A DNA stretch of 7,608 nucleotides from a virus (Duplodnaviria > Heunggongvirae > Uroviricota > Caudoviricetes): the IMG/VR virus record IMGVR_UViG_2703718816_000006, positions 1 to 7,608 of that record. One strand, written 5' to 3'. Position 1 is the first letter of the stretch. The number at the start of each line of letters is the position of its first letter. Below, piece by piece: positions 6,645 through 7,608 of this stretch. The position numbers and the translations under genes are program-made. The notes beneath the pieces were generated by a model. That model ran no database searches. It had not been told where the DNA came from and worked only from the letters and a program-made list of their open reading frames with translations.

Positions 6645-6860
6645 CTACTCTCCCCGGGCCGCCTTACGCCGGTCTTCTTTAATTTTGAAATACAGGTTAG
6701 TCAGATACGTCAGCAGACCAAACAGCAGACTCCCCAGCACGCCTATTGCCGCCCACTGAGACGGGGAAACCCTGTCCAGCAGCTGCAGGAACCAGTAGCC
6801 CGTCCCCACCGCTGACGTGGTGTATGACACACCTGTTGTGATTTTTTCCATCTGGTACAT
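6645..6860 (-). CDS. S: Class II holin of the phage 21 S21 pinholin type, with dual-start motif
   Basis: 71 aa [71 protein letters not shown]: two TM segments, charged C-terminus, Met1/Met4 dual start (antiholin/holin). Closely resembles S21 as I recall it; GGGAGA upstream. Confidence 0.88.
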   Translation of the reverse strand: MYQMEKITTGVSYTTSAVGTGYWFLQLLDRVSPSQWAAIGVLGSLLFGLLTYLTNLYFKIKEDRRKAARGE

Positions 6861-6935
6861 ATCCCGTCTCCCGCAATCCGGAAGCTCACAACAACAAGAG
6901 GGGCATCAGCTCACACCGACAGCCCCTGCGCATGG

Positions 6936-7205
6936 TTACATCATCATTTCGCCGTCAGGCTGAGGCTCACTGCCACCATCAGGCTGAGACACGACACCAT
7001 CTGAAACAGCACTGTCACCCGCACCGTCTTCAGGCCCGGGAGCAGCCGTTACCCCCAGCAGTTCATCCAGAATGGCATCCACTTCAGCATCAAGACGCGC
7101 CTCAAGATTCTGGCGGAGTTGCTGTTTCAGTACGCTTCTGACTTCTTCAGAGCGCAGGACTTCCTTCACTGCTTCAGCAGTGACCAGCGGTTTTATTTCT
7201 GACAT
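6936..7205 (-). CDS. Hypothetical acidic protein, 89 aa
   Basis: ATG at 7205 preceded by a weak SD (GAGAAAATACC). MSEIKPLVTAEAVKEVLRSEEVRSVLKQQLRQNLEARLDAEVDAILDELLG... then an acidic Gly/Pro/Asp-rich tail. The track ORF 6936..7319 is an upstream extension overlapping the next gene and is rejected. No family recognised. Confidence 0.4.
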   Translation of the reverse strand: MSEIKPLVTAEAVKEVLRSEEVRSVLKQQLRQNLEARLDAEVDAILDELLGVTAAPGPEDGAGDSAVSDGVVSQPDGGSEPQPDGEMMM

Positions 7206-7242
7206 GGTATTTTCTCGTTGAAAGGTGTTGTTAAGAAAGTTG

Positions 7243-7425
7243 CTACGGAATGAGAGGCTCTTCGGGTTTTGTTCCGGCTGACTGACTGGCGCTGATTTTC
7301 TCAGCGGCCCTTTTGTCAATCTGTCTGCGCCAGAAATCTCTCACGACTCTGTACCCACCAGAAAGAAGATACAGCACACAAACTGCTGTACAGAAATACA
7401 ATAAAATAAGCTGTATAAATGTCAT
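7243..7425 (-). CDS. Hypothetical small membrane protein, 60 aa
   Basis: ATG at 7425 preceded by GGAG (spacing about 7). N-terminal TM helix FIQLILLYFCTAVCVLYLL followed by a basic tail. Upstream of the holin in the same orientation. Confidence 0.45.
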   Translation of the reverse strand: MTFIQLILLYFCTAVCVLYLLSGGYRVVRDFWRRQIDKRAAEKISASQSAGTKPEEPLIP

Positions 7426-7519
7426 TATTCATCTCCATTATTGACATGGTTAATGCCTGCCAGTAAAAAACTCCTGCATTTTTTGCTCAGCATATTTTTG
7501 CTAAGGATGTAGCGACCTC

Positions 7520-7568
7520 TGCCGCCGGTTCTGGCTCCTTGTTTTCCCTGCCCCGGCGGCATTTTTTT
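7520..7568 (+). terminator. Terminator-like hairpin plus T7 on the plus strand
   Basis: 9-bp GC-rich stem tgccgccgg (7520..7528) / ccggcggca (7553..7561) with a long 24-nt loop, then T7 (7562..7568). No T-run on the minus strand. Function unclear; may belong to the late promoter/regulatory region. Confidence 0.3.
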
Positions 7569-7608
7569 ATCCTGCTTACGCGTTATTCACTTCCACTGTT
7601 ATACTTTC

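Larger units (their letters stand above)
1..7608 (-). mobile_element. Segment of a lambdoid prophage/phage genome: late lysis cassette plus DNA-packaging module
   Basis: Gene order holin - endolysin - Rz/Rz1 - HNH - TerS - TerL all on the minus strand; start/stop overlaps typical of phage late operons; mosaic GC content. No integrase or att site in the window, so integrated versus free phage cannot be decided. Confidence 0.85.

Noticed and set aside
6033-6815. ORFs 6033..6434 (plus), 6314..6547 (minus), 6633..6815 (plus)
   Set aside because: Antisense or out of frame relative to the 213-aa gene and holin, which have good starts and coupling; products look like reverse-frame artefacts.
6932-7319. 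ORF 6932..7141 (plus) and the N-terminal 38 codons of ORF 6936..7319
   Set aside because: The plus-strand ORF is His/Gln-rich antisense noise; the long minus-strand extension would overlap the RBS-supported 60-aa gene, so the internal ATG at 7205 is preferred.
5601-7463. 10-bp repeat gcctgccagt at 5601..5610 and 7454..7463
   Set aside because: Dozens of 10-mer coincidences are expected by chance in a window this size; there is no supporting context.
1-7608. tRNA genes, CRISPR arrays, integrase/att sites, IS elements
   Set aside because: No T-loop-like GTTCRANYC motif in cloverleaf context, no regularly spaced direct repeats, no recombinase-like ORF and no terminal inverted repeats were found.

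Overview
This window reads as a lambdoid (siphovirus-type) prophage late region, transcribed right to left on the minus strand. It holds a phage-21-style lysis cassette (dual-start pinholin, SAR endolysin, Rz with embedded Rz1) followed by an HK97-style packaging module (HNH endonuclease, candidate cos region, small terminase, large terminase running off the left edge). All calls rest on manual translation and recalled family motifs; no database search was run. Three accessory insertions interrupt this backbone and are the best candidates for something undescribed: (1) a convergent pair of unrecognised genes (213 aa and 104 aa) between holin and endolysin, the first translationally coupled to the holin; (2) a ~0.9 kb AT-rich island between Rz and the HNH gene with no convincing ORF but two similar plus-strand promoter-like/terminator units, next to a small ribbon-helix-helix gene; (3) a small membrane-protein gene between endolysin and Rz. 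No tRNA, CRISPR array, integrase or IS element was seen.
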